The position numbers and the translations under genes are program-made. The notes under the pieces are model-generated. The model saw only the letters and a list, made by a program, of their open reading frames with translations. It did not search any database and had not been told where the DNA came from. A stretch of 64,000 bases of DNA from Felis catus. Lineage: Eukaryota. The stretch spans positions 93,372,001-93,436,000 of the forward strand of contig NC_058386.1 of NCBI RefSeq assembly GCF_018350175.1, in the 5' to 3' direction. Below, one piece after another: positions 63,601 through 64,000 of this stretch (the first letter of the stretch is position 1; each line of letters starts with the position of its first letter).

Positions 63601-64000
63601 ACATGAAAGCTGCCATTAGGCTGCAGGTGACAGAGGCTGCCAAAGAAGCTGAGATTTCCTCTGTGAATCCAGCTGGTTCAAGGCTATAGGCTCACTTCCC
63701 TTAGTGGGTTTTCCTATTTGCAGGGAGCGGGGAAAGTGGCCCTAAGCCATCAGAGTGGCGTATATATCACATTTGATAAGGCACACGGGCGCTCTACTCC
63801 ATTAACTGGAGAAGTTGGAGCTAAATCTAATCGAAAAGGGATCCGAGGAGCAAGAAAAAATTAATTTCACTGGCCTAATATTTATTCTGCACTTTAAACT
63901 TGTGGCATGCTAAAAAAAGTCGTTATGCTTATCAATACATAAGTCTGTGCCTACTTACTATAGGAGATACAAAATACGAGATGGAATATAAATAATATTT

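Larger units (their letters stand above)
19040..64000 (+). other. HTR2C: HTR2C (5-hydroxytryptamine receptor 2C) gene, 5' portion: exon 1, intron 1 (19613-43716), exon 2, start of intron 2; CDS lies beyond the window
   Basis: Exon 1, exon 2 and intronic SNORA35 occur in the expected order and orientation. Confidence 0.92.

Overview
Mammalian (carnivore, felid-type) genomic DNA, identified by about 33 tRNA-derived Can-SINE/SINEC copies and carnivore L1 3' ends. The window holds the 5' end of the X-linked serotonin 2C receptor gene HTR2C on the + strand, recognised by recalled similarity to the human HTR2C 5' UTR; no database search was run. It contains the CpG-island promoter (~16.3-20.7 kb), non-coding exon 1 (~19040-19612), a 24 kb intron 1, non-coding exon 2 (43717-43778) and the first ~20 kb of intron 2. 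Intron 2 hosts the H/ACA snoRNA SNORA35 (HBI-36/MBI-36) at ~58798-58925. No main protein-coding exon is present, because the HTR2C CDS starts further downstream. The long ORFs in the track are GC-rich or repeat-derived artefacts. There are four N gaps. The most interesting observations are: (1) an inverted pair of MIR cores that could fold into a stem enclosing SNORA35; (2) a uORF in exon 2 whose stop codon lies between tandem splice donors; (3) two 7-codon uORFs in exon 1; (4) a perfect 28-bp inverted templated insertion inside a (TA)n tract; (5) splice and poly(A) signals for a possible divergent antisense transcript; (6) candidate recursive-splice and microexon sites; (7) tailless SINE insertions. 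I see no evidence for a wholly new multi-gene system; these are regulatory or mutational hypotheses.
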